Below the pieces are notes generated by a model that worked only from the letters and a program-made list of their open reading frames with translations, ran no database searches and was not told where the DNA came from. From assembly GCA_043821285.1 (NCBI GenBank), contig JBDRCZ010000109.1, forward strand, positions 4,302 through 68,301: a stretch of DNA of 64,000 bases. The letters run 5' to 3'. This DNA comes from Candidatus Omnitrophota bacterium. Lineage in GTDB: Bacteria > Omnitrophota > Gorgyraeia > B26-G9 > JBDRCZ01. The position numbers and the translations under genes are program-made. Below are positions 50,142-58,221 of this stretch, piece by piece (within the stretch, counting starts at the first letter, position 1; each line of letters starts with the position of its first letter).

Positions 50142-51524
50142 ATGCCAAAAAGATATTTACTGATCATTACATTGTTTATTTGTTTAGGGTATTTCAGTAG
50201 TAGTTGTTATGCTGATGATTTTAATATTAGTGTTGTACCTGTGTTGCGCACTAACACAATCAATTTTGGCACGATAAACCCGGATGATCTACCTCAGGAT
50301 CAAGAAGTAAATATTACCGTTACCAATACAACCGGTGCGCGTTATCAGATAATACAGACTGCGGCGGATCTACTCAGGAGCAACACCGGCCGAGTAATTG
50401 ATCGTGATAATTTTGTCGTTTTTACCAATGAAGGCAGAAATGGAACACTGGAAGCAACAATGCCTACACCGGTTACAGATAGTATGATTTTATATACTTC
50501 TGATCATCGCGGTAGTAGTGACACAATACTTGCAGTTTATTCACTGCCATTTCAAACATTACCTATTGCCGGTATTTATTTCACCACACTGACTTATACC
50601 CTTGAGCCGATAAATGCTATTGGGATATCAGCAAAATCCGTGACTATTAGCGTAATTATGGAAATTACTCCGCATGCCGAAATAGAAGTACAGGTACTTG
50701 ATGGATCAACCCGTTTGAATTTTTCCCAGATTGGTGCGGATACACAGTATCAGTCTTCACAAGAGGTACGGCTTGAGATTACAAATAATTTAGACCGTCC
50801 GTATCAAGTTACGCAGTATATCTTATCCAATTTTCAGAATAGCATGGGGGATAGCATAACAAATGATAATTTTTTATTTACCTCCTTATCCTGCGGAAAA
50901 GGAACTATAATGCACACTACGCCAGATGCTTTATCGAATACTCCGGTGGTAATATATCAATCTTCCAATGAGGGTGGCAGTGATTACATTATTTTATTAT
51001 ACACGCTGGCATTACCGCAGTCACAACCTGCCGGGCTATATAGTGCAACGCTTAAATTTTTGCTTCAGACGGATGATTTGGTCCCGAGTTCCGATACAAC
51101 CGCACTGCTGCAGGCAGAGGTTGAAATCCCCACAATATTTAACCTTGAGATAATATCAACTGGCCTTGATTTTGGCAGGTTTTCTGCTGATACCCGTGAA
51201 CAAATTCGCTCTGCTGAGATCAGGGCAGTTACCAATCTTGGAAAACAATACCATGTTAGTCAGACAGTTACACGGAAATTAATGAATGTTGAGGGTCAGA
51301 AACTCCCGGAAGAGAGTTTTTCCATGTGGACAGTAGGCGGTGAGCTTGGTACGACAAAAGTGCCGATACCACAGACTGTTCCGGAAGGTGAGTTTGTTTT
51401 ATATATTTCTTCGCCAGAAGGTGAAGAAGATACATTTCAGGTAAATTATAAATTAAAACTTCCCATAGATGTTGCGGGAGGAGATTATACATCAGAGATT
51501 ATTTATACGATGTCATCCTTGTAA
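50142..51524 (+). CDS. Secreted protein of unknown function with three ~130-aa internal repeats
   Basis: Signal peptide MPKRYLLIITLFICLGYFSSSCYA. Three repeats each centred on (V/I)TN…(R/K)(P/Q)Y(Q/H)V(T/S)Q. Alternative GTG start at 50070. Confidence 0.6.
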   Translation: MPKRYLLIITLFICLGYFSSSCYADDFNISVVPVLRTNTINFGTINPDDLPQDQEVNITVTNTTGARYQIIQTAADLLRSNTGRVIDRDNFVVFTNEGRNGTLEATMPTPVTDSMILYTSDHRGSSDTILAVYSLPFQTLPIAGIYFTTLTYTLEPINAIGISAKSVTISVIMEITPHAEIEVQVLDGSTRLNFSQIGADTQYQSSQEVRLEITNNLDRPYQVTQYILSNFQNSMGDSITNDNFLFTSLSCGKGTIMHTTPDALSNTPVVIYQSSNEGGSDYIILLYTLALPQSQPAGLYSATLKFLLQTDDLVPSSDTTALLQAEVEIPTIFNLEIISTGLDFGRFSADTREQIRSAEIRAVTNLGKQYHVSQTVTRKLMNVEGQKLPEESFSMWTVGGELGTTKVPIPQTVPEGEFVLYISSPEGEEDTFQVNYKLKLPIDVAGGDYTSEIIYTMSSL

Positions 51525-51849
51525 AAACCGTATTTAAGTATTATGGTGGTTTGTCCGCCAGGGAATTAATGTCACAAAAATTTTGTAATATACAAAATAT
51601 ATTTATACGGTTTTTACATCACGAAATTGGTGAAGCCAATTTCGTTTTCATCTACTGAGATAGCTTGTCGGAAAACGCAACGCATTTCCCGGGTATGAAG
51701 ATATCCATATAGTAATTTGCGGGGTAGATCAATCTTATTGTTATATTGCTTAAAACTATATAAGAATTTAAAAGACAAAATTTCTTTTGGTTTTACCTTT
51801 TCTTTTTAAAAGAAAAGGTAAATGCTAAATTAATGCCGTAGGCAGTAAT

Positions 51850-51996
51850 TTACATATTTTCAGGATTGGGTGACTTCATAAGTTTCAGAAGAATTCCCGA
51901 CTGGCAGTAATAACCTGCGAGTTTGCCTAAAAGAAGTAAAGGCTGACAGAGCTGGTGTAATTCCAGCGTCAATAGTAAAGTCTAGAAGGGAGAAGA
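51850..51996 (+). ncRNA. FMN riboswitch (RFN element) aptamer
   Basis: …caggattgggtga…aattcccgactggcagtaataacctgcgag…ggctgacagagctggtgtaattccagcgtcaatagtaaagtctagaagggagaag matches the RFN consensus blocks GGGTGA…AATTCCCGACCGGCGGTA…GCGAG…GTCAGCAGATCTGGT…AATTCCAG…GCCGACAGTAAAGTCTGGATGGGAGAAG. Lies upstream of ribBA. Confidence 0.8.
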
Positions 51997-52010
51997 TATG
52001 CGGCGTATTA

Positions 52011-52041
52011 TACCCGAAGCGTATCTTCGGGTATTTTTTTT
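52011..52041 (+). terminator. Intrinsic terminator (FMN riboswitch expression platform)
   Basis: tacccgaag cgtat cttcgggta followed by T8. Confidence 0.75.
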
Positions 52042-52118
52042 AAAAAATCGTGCCAGAATCCCGCTTTTCTTTTCCAAAGAAAAGAAAGTGGATAAATTAG
52101 TGCTGAAAGCAATAATTT

Positions 52119-53327
52119 ATGGTTAAGCACAAGTTTAATACAATTCCAGAAATAATTCATGATCTCAAATCCGGCAAGATGGTGATTATTATTGATGACA
52201 AGCGCCGGGAAAATGAAGGAGATTTATTAATCGCGGCAACTTTTGTCCGCGATCAGGATATTAATTTTATGGCTAAATTTGGCCGTGGTCTTATCTGTGT
52301 TCCCATGGAGGCAGCGCGGTTGAACGCATTAGACATACATCCCATGGTAAAAAAGAGTGAAGCTTCATTGGGCACGGCGTTTACAGTATCGGTTGATTTA
52401 AAGAAAGGGATAACAACCGGAATATCCGCACCGGATCGAGCAAAGACAATACATGCACTGGCAAAGATAAACACAAAAGCAACTGATATTGTTCGTCCGG
52501 GGCATATTTTCCCTTTACAGGCCGTAGAAGGCGGGGTATTAGTCAGAGCCGGGCACACTGAGGCAAGTGTTGATTTGATTAAATTGGCTAAGATTAGTCC
52601 GCCGGTCGGGGTGATTTGTGAGATTATTAGTGATGACGGAAACATGGCCAGGACCAAAGAGTTGGTTGAGTTTGCCAGAGAACATAAATTAAAAATTAGT
52701 ACAATTGCTGATTTAATCTATTATCGCCGTCAGACAGAAAAGTTGGTAACGCGGATTACTACTTCACATTTACCGACTTGTTACGGAACGTTTAAAATAA
52801 TGATCTATTCAAGTGCCGTTGATAATCATCACCACGTTGCCCTGGTCTATGGTAAAATTAAACAGCCAACTTTAGTACGGGTACATTCTGAATGTTTAAC
52901 TGGTGATGTGTTTAACTCGCGGCGTTGTGATTGCGGACAGCAACTTGATCAGGCAATGCAACGTATTGCGCGTGAAAAAAACGGAGTGATACTCTACATG
53001 CGCCAGGAAGGACGGGGTGTCGGGCTGGTAAATAAAATCCGGGCATATTCCCTGCAAGATCGCGGCTATGATACCGTAGAAGCAAACCGTCATCTCGGAT
53101 TAAAAGCCGATCTGCGTGATTATGGCATTGGTGCACAAATTCTGGTTGATTTAGGAGTAAAAAAAATAAAGCTTTTAACTAATAATCCACAAAAAATTAT
53201 TGGTCTTGAAGGATACGGGCTCAAAGTTGTGGAACGTCTTCCGATAGAAATTAAACCGACAAAAGCAAACAAACGATATTTGCGGACGAAAAAAAAGAAG
53301 TTAGGACATTTATTGGAATTTGTCTAA
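52119..53327 (+). CDS. ribBA: Bifunctional 3,4-dihydroxy-2-butanone-4-phosphate synthase / GTP cyclohydrolase II
   Basis: DHBP synthase N-half (…[11 protein letters not shown]…). GCH-II C-half with the CxxC…C zinc site ([16 protein letters not shown]). Confidence 0.9.
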   Translation: MVKHKFNTIPEIIHDLKSGKMVIIIDDKRRENEGDLLIAATFVRDQDINFMAKFGRGLICVPMEAARLNALDIHPMVKKSEASLGTAFTVSVDLKKGITTGISAPDRAKTIHALAKINTKATDIVRPGHIFPLQAVEGGVLVRAGHTEASVDLIKLAKISPPVGVICEIISDDGNMARTKELVEFAREHKLKISTIADLIYYRRQTEKLVTRITTSHLPTCYGTFKIMIYSSAVDNHHHVALVYGKIKQPTLVRVHSECLTGDVFNSRRCDCGQQLDQAMQRIAREKNGVILYMRQEGRGVGLVNKIRAYSLQDRGYDTVEANRHLGLKADLRDYGIGAQILVDLGVKKIKLLTNNPQKIIGLEGYGLKVVERLPIEIKPTKANKRYLRTKKKKLGHLLEFV

Positions 53328-53350
53328 TTTAGATCCCATATGCAAAAATA

Positions 53351-53823
53351 GGTAGTGTCAAAAATAAAATGAAAAACCGGAAAGCAACCACAGATTACGC
53401 AGATAGTTATAAATATTTGCAGGGGGGAGGAAATCCGAGAAAATCTGTGGTGAATGAATCTGTGGTGAATAAAAGCGAGAAAGATTATCCATATAAAGAA
53501 TAAGAGGCAGATTTTATAGTTGAGGGGGATAGTATTAGTAGAACTAAATGCCACTAAAGGAGTTATGAAGATAGATGAGGCACAAGTGCATAATTATCTA
53601 AAGGCGACACAAAACGGATCGGATTACTGTTTAACTTTGGAAGAGCATCTTTAGAATATAAGAGGATAATAAGTAAAATCTTACAGTTATAACCATAGAT
53701 TAAATCACCACAGATTTATAGAGCTGATTTAAAAGAAAAAAAATCATTTTAATCTGAGTAATCTGTGGCTGCTTGTGCCCTATGGGTACTTAGAAAAATG
53801 TGCGAATATTTTTGACAGAACCC
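53351..53823 (+). repeat. MITE-like repeat copies 5 and 6 (composite: left end at 53351, right end at 53822, about 220 bp of unrelated internal sequence)
   Basis: Left: ggtagtgtcaaaaataaaatgaaaaaccggaaagcaaccacagatt…aatctgtggtgaatgaatctgtggtg. Right: aaccatagattaaatcaccacagattta…aatctgtggctgcttgtgccctatgggtacttagaaaaatgtgcgaatatttttgacagaaccc. Confidence 0.65.
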
Positions 53824-53846
53824 AAAAATTAGGAGGGGGATAAAAA

Positions 53847-54362
53847 ATGAAGATCTATGAAGGGAAGATGGATGCAAAGGGGAAGAGGTTTAGTATTATT
53901 GTTTCGCGGTTTAATGATTTTATTACCCATCGGATGTTAGAGGGAGCATTAGATACTTTGCGCCGGCACGGTGCTGATGATGATAAGGTTGAGGTTATCT
54001 GGGTACCGGGAACCTTTGAAATTCCAATAGCTGCCAATAAGATTGCCCGGAGTAAAAAAACAAATGCCGTGATTTGTTTAGGAGCGGTTATTCGTGGGGC
54101 AACGCCTCATTTTGAATATATTGCCTCAGAAGCGGCAAAAGGCATTGCTAAGGTATCACTGGACTCGGGACTGCCTTGTAGTTTTGGGATTATTACCGCG
54201 GATACCTTAGAACAGGCAATAGAACGCGCCGGGACAAAAGATGGAAATAAAGGAGTGGATGCCGCGCTTTCGGCAATTGAAATGGCTGATCTAATAACAG
54301 AACTACAGATTTCACCCCGAAAGGATACTCTACGACACAGCGCAGTTGTACGGAATACATAA
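53847..54362 (+). CDS. ribH: 6,7-dimethyl-8-ribityllumazine synthase
   Basis: RFNDFIT…VPGTFEIP…HFEYIASE are lumazine synthase signatures. RBS aggaggggg. Confidence 0.9.
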   Translation: MKIYEGKMDAKGKRFSIIVSRFNDFITHRMLEGALDTLRRHGADDDKVEVIWVPGTFEIPIAANKIARSKKTNAVICLGAVIRGATPHFEYIASEAAKGIAKVSLDSGLPCSFGIITADTLEQAIERAGTKDGNKGVDAALSAIEMADLITELQISPRKDTLRHSAVVRNT

Positions 54363-54469
54363 AAGTAACTTAAACATTAGCATGTATAATAGTAATAGAT
54401 TGGCATTTTCTTACGGGGCAGGCAGAATAAGGATGGATCATAAACACGGATTAGCACGAATTGGGTATA

Positions 54470-54560
54470 TTTATTCGTGACAATTAGTGGTTAGAGAAAA
54501 TAGGTGAGATTTAATCATTAAAAATCCGTGCAATATCCGTGTAAATCCGTGGCTAAAAAA
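54470..54560 (+). repeat. caattagtgg…atccgtgtaaatccgtggctaaaaaa element upstream of nusB
   Basis: attcgtgacaattagtggttagagaaaa…aaaatccgtgcaatatccgtgtaaatccgtggctaaaaaaag. Confidence 0.55.
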
Positions 54561-54635
54561 AGACAAAAATAATCTATATAAAAACATAGGCAGTATTTGA
54601 CAGAACCGATTAAACAAATAAGAAGGTCTACTGTT

Positions 54636-55055
54636 ATGCGGAAAAGGACAAAGGCGCGTGAGATTGCCCTGCAAATTTTATATCAGATTGATATAAAAAA
54701 AGAGCCGGCAGAAGAGATACTTAAAGAATATTTTCAGGGATATACTCTAGAGGAAAAAATAGAAGATTTTTGTAAAAAGATAGTGTTAGGAACAGTAGAG
54801 CACATTGAATATATTGATAATCTAATCGCTAAATATGCCGATAACTGGGAACTTAACCGAATGGCCGTGGTTGATCGAAATATTATCCGTCTTGGGGTAT
54901 ATGAATTGTTATATGAAAAAGACATTCCCCCAAAAGTTTCGATAAATGAAGCCGTGGATATTGCCAAGAAGTATGGCGATGCGGATTCCGGTAAATTTGT
55001 AAATGGAATTTTGGATAAAATTAATAAGTTAGAGGCAAAAAAAACAATCGATTAA
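54636..55055 (+). CDS. nusB: Transcription antitermination factor NusB
   Basis: [11 protein letters not shown]…. Classic ribH-nusB linkage. Start likely 54636 (the ORF track starts at 54597). Confidence 0.85.
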   Translation: MRKRTKAREIALQILYQIDIKKEPAEEILKEYFQGYTLEEKIEDFCKKIVLGTVEHIEYIDNLIAKYADNWELNRMAVVDRNIIRLGVYELLYEKDIPPKVSINEAVDIAKKYGDADSGKFVNGILDKINKLEAKKTID

Positions 55056-55059
55056 TATA

Positions 55060-55890
55060 ATGTTTGCGCAAAAATTTGCAGATTTACACGTACATACTTC
55101 TTTTTCTGATGGGTCATTGACCCCGGAAGAATTAGTTAAGAAGGCCGGGGAATTGAATATTTCCTGCATTTCAATCACCGACCATGATATTGTCGATGGT
55201 ATTTGTCCGGCGGTTATTGCGGCCGCGAGATATGGGATTGAAATAATTCCGGGCATTGAATTTTCCACCCAGCTTCATAAAACAGAAGTACATCTTCTTG
55301 CTTACTTTATTGATTATCAAAATTTATCATTTCTCACAAAACTTAAAGAACTGCGGGAAAAAAGAGTTTATAGATTTTATAATATCATTAAACTATTGCG
55401 AGAACATAATGTTCATCTGGAAACTGATAAAATATTGCAATATGGATTAGGATCACTGGGACGGTTACATATTGCTAAGGCTCTGGTCAAAGAGGGTTAT
55501 GTTTACGGAATAAAGGAGGCATTTGAACGGTATTTAGGCCATGGTAAGTGCTGCTACGTACCCCATGAGCGTTTTAGCGTGGCTGCGGCAATTGCTATGA
55601 TAAAGGAACTTGGCGGCCTGGCCGTGTTTGCGCACCCCTATGTTTTACATAATGATCATTTACTTGTTGAGATGCTAAATTTAGGCATAGATGGCATCGA
55701 GGCGTATTATCCGGAACATCGTCCTCAGCAGACAAAACAATATGTTAATTTTGCTAAAAAACACGGCTTACTGATAACCGGCGGTTCTGATTATCATGGC
55801 GATGGAAAAGAAGATTCATTTTTTGGCAAGGTAAAAATAGATTATTGTTTTGTTGAAAAGTTAAGACAGGCGAAAGAAAATGCTGCGTAA
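55060..55890 (+). CDS. PHP-domain metal-dependent phosphoesterase
   Basis: DLHVHTSFSDGS N-terminal PHP motif. Downstream His/Asp metal ligands (…FAHP…, …GGSDYHG…). Confidence 0.75.
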   Translation: MFAQKFADLHVHTSFSDGSLTPEELVKKAGELNISCISITDHDIVDGICPAVIAAARYGIEIIPGIEFSTQLHKTEVHLLAYFIDYQNLSFLTKLKELREKRVYRFYNIIKLLREHNVHLETDKILQYGLGSLGRLHIAKALVKEGYVYGIKEAFERYLGHGKCCYVPHERFSVAAAIAMIKELGGLAVFAHPYVLHNDHLLVEMLNLGIDGIEAYYPEHRPQQTKQYVNFAKKHGLLITGGSDYHGDGKEDSFFGKVKIDYCFVEKLRQAKENAA

Positions 55891-57052
55891 AGACATTTAT
55901 TATATGCAAGCGGCGCTAAAACAAGCACTGCATGCCCAGGGCAGGACGCGGCCAAATCCAATGGTCGGAGCGGTCCTGGTAAAAAATGGAAAGATTATTT
56001 CCCGTGGTTATCATAAAAAGGCCGGCAGTGCACATGCGGAAGCAGCAGTTTTAAAAAAGGCCGGGAGAAAAGCAGCGGGTGCTGCTTTATATGTGACAAT
56101 GGAACCATGTACGCATTATGGCCGGACACCGCCTTGCGTTCATCAGATAATTAGCTCGGGGGTTAATCGGGTAGTTATTGGTGTGCATGATCCCAATCCT
56201 ATAAACTGCCGGCAGGGAATAAGTTTTTTAAAAAAACATCGCATAAAAATAAAAGTTTTAAATTTTAAACCGGCACAAGATATAAACTATGTGTACAACA
56301 AGTACATTACCCGGAAAATACCGTATGTAACATTAAAGGTCGCTGCTTCATTAGATGGGAAAATTGCCACAAGTACCGGAGAGTCCAAATGGATTACCTC
56401 GGTAAAATCACGTGCCTATGTGCATAAGATACGAAAAGATGTAGATGCGATTATTATCGGGATAAACACACTCATGCAAGATAATCCTTTACTTATCACC
56501 CATATGCCGTTACCACGGGTAAACCCGTGTTACCGGCATGCACGGAAAAATGCTTTGCATTTTTCCGACTTACTTGCCTATGTAAACAAAAGCAAAAAAA
56601 TGAAACAACCGATAAAAGTAATATTAGATACTAAGCTGAGAGCAACACCCAATCTTAATATTTTTTCTAATAAATCACCTCAACTAACGATTATTGTCAC
56701 TGACTATCTGCAAAAGCGGAAGGTTGGTAAATTTAAAAATAAAAATGTGCATTTTTTATTTTTCAAGGCAAAAAATGGTAAAATAAGATTACGTGAGTTA
56801 TTAAAAAAATTGGCAGAAATAGAAATAAGTCATGTGCTCATTGAAGGCGGGGCGCAAATCTTTGGCTCGGCATTTGACGCGGGGGTAGTTGACCATGTTA
56901 TGTTTTTTATCAGCCCCATGATTATTGGCGGTGATCAAGCGCCAAACAGTATAGGCGGACGAGGTGTTTCGTCTTTAGCGCGTGCACATAAATTAAAAAA
57001 ATTAAAGATTAGTCAAAAGGGGCATGATTTATTAATTGAGGGGGATATTTAA
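55880..57052 (+). CDS. ribD: Riboflavin biosynthesis protein RibD (deaminase + reductase)
   Basis: CMP/dCMP deaminase zinc motif HAE…PCTHYGRTPPC. C-terminal RibD reductase domain. Confidence 0.85.
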   Translation: MLRKDIYYMQAALKQALHAQGRTRPNPMVGAVLVKNGKIISRGYHKKAGSAHAEAAVLKKAGRKAAGAALYVTMEPCTHYGRTPPCVHQIISSGVNRVVIGVHDPNPINCRQGISFLKKHRIKIKVLNFKPAQDINYVYNKYITRKIPYVTLKVAASLDGKIATSTGESKWITSVKSRAYVHKIRKDVDAIIIGINTLMQDNPLLITHMPLPRVNPCYRHARKNALHFSDLLAYVNKSKKMKQPIKVILDTKLRATPNLNIFSNKSPQLTIIVTDYLQKRKVGKFKNKNVHFLFFKAKNGKIRLRELLKKLAEIEISHVLIEGGAQIFGSAFDAGVVDHVMFFISPMIIGGDQAPNSIGGRGVSSLARAHKLKKLKISQKGHDLLIEGDI

Positions 57053-57054
57053 AG

Positions 57055-57690
57055 ATGTTTTCCGGGATCATTGAAGAATTAGGGGTAGTGCATAAGATAT
57101 CTAAAACAACTGATATTTTTAAACTTAAGGTAAAGGCGGAGAAAGTAATCACGGATTTAAATGTCGGGGACAGCATTGCGGTTAATGGCGTATGTCTGAC
57201 CGTCGTAAAGTTTGATGCGCAAAATATAAGTTTTGACGTTATGGCTGAGACAATTAAAAAAACCAATTTTAAGCAGCTTAACATTGGTGATGCGGTAAAT
57301 TTAGAACGCGCTTTAAAATTCAGTCAGCGTGTCGGAGGGCATTTTATAACCGGCCACATTGATACTACCGGCCGGGTTATAAAAAAGGCCAGACAAGGGG
57401 CAATATTTTATTTACGCATTGCCATTGAACGCGACATCAGCGGCTATCTTGTTGACCGGGGTGCGATTGCGGTTGAGGGGGTAAGCTTGACGGTTGCGGA
57501 AAGCAAAGAAAAATATTTTTCCGTATACCTGATCCCGCACACCATAAGTTCTACTAATTTGAAATACAAAAGGGTGGGTGATATTCTTAATTTAGAAGCA
57601 GACATATTAGGCAAATATGCGGCCAAGGCCGTGGAAAAGCAGACTGGTGCAATGAATGTAGAAAAGCTTAAAAGATGGGGATATGCCTAA
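57055..57690 (+). CDS. ribE: Riboflavin synthase alpha chain
   Basis: MFSGIIEELG… with two lumazine-binding repeats. Confidence 0.85.
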   Translation: MFSGIIEELGVVHKISKTTDIFKLKVKAEKVITDLNVGDSIAVNGVCLTVVKFDAQNISFDVMAETIKKTNFKQLNIGDAVNLERALKFSQRVGGHFITGHIDTTGRVIKKARQGAIFYLRIAIERDISGYLVDRGAIAVEGVSLTVAESKEKYFSVYLIPHTISSTNLKYKRVGDILNLEADILGKYAAKAVEKQTGAMNVEKLKRWGYA

Positions 57691-57715
57691 AGTAATGACA
57701 AATGTCAAATGTCAA

Positions 57716-57780
57716 ATTTTCTACCACAAAGTCGAAGATCCGCCGTCGCATTAGTGGAGGACGTCGGCGGGCAGGCAAAT
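57716..57780 (+). repeat. REP-like element
   Basis: ccacaaagtcgaagatccgccgtcgcattagtggaggacgtcggcgggc. Confidence 0.5.
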
Positions 57781-57798
57781 GAATCATTTAATAATTAA

Positions 57799-58050
57799 AT
57801 GTGTTATGTATACGTATTAAGAAGTGAAAAGAATGGCAAGTTGTATTCAGGGCATACTGAAAATTTAGAGAAACGACTTATAGAGCATAATTGTGATAGA
57901 AACAATAAGAGATTTAGCTGGATTAATGGTCCGTGGGTTTTATTGTTTTCAGAAAGTTTTAATACAAGATCTGAAGCAATGCAGCATGAAAGATTTTTCA
58001 GGACGGGGAAAGGACGCAAATATATACAGGATATATTAATATTAAAATAA
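57799..58050 (+). CDS. Small GIY-YIG nuclease-superfamily protein
   Basis: YVYVLRSEKNGKLYSGHTENLEKRLIEHN is a GIY-(10)-YSG motif. 83 aa, stand-alone. Confidence 0.65.
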   Translation: MCYVYVLRSEKNGKLYSGHTENLEKRLIEHNCDRNNKRFSWINGPWVLLFSESFNTRSEAMQHERFFRTGKGRKYIQDILILK

Positions 58051-58058
58051 ATAATAGT

Positions 58059-58136
58059 CGGGAAGTGGCGCAGTTGGTTTAGAGCGCTTGGTTCGGGACC
58101 AATAGGTTGGCGGTTCAAATCCATCTGCCCCGACCA
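58059..58136 (+). tRNA. tRNA-like element, probably tRNA-Pro(CGG), stems imperfect by eye (possible pseudo-tRNA)
   Basis: D-arm GCGCAGTTGGTTTAGAGCGC. Anticodon loop TTCGGGA. T-loop GGTTCAAATCC. 3' end CCCCGACCA as in bacterial tRNA-Pro. Hand-folding leaves mismatches in the acceptor and T stems. Confidence 0.5.
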
Positions 58137-58221
58137 ATTTAGCAAATGGCAAATAGCATGTATGTGGCAAATGGTAAAAACAAAAACTACGAAAACAAAA
58201 GGAACATTTTAACGGGGTCTT

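Noticed and set aside
53470-53690. Short ORF-like stretch inside the composite repeat upstream of ribH (atgaagatagatgaggcacaagtgcataattatctaaaggcgacacaaaacggatcggattactgtttaactttggaagagcatctttag, 29 codons)
   Set aside because: No RBS and no recognisable similarity. It is most likely passenger sequence captured between the two halves of the MITE-like element.
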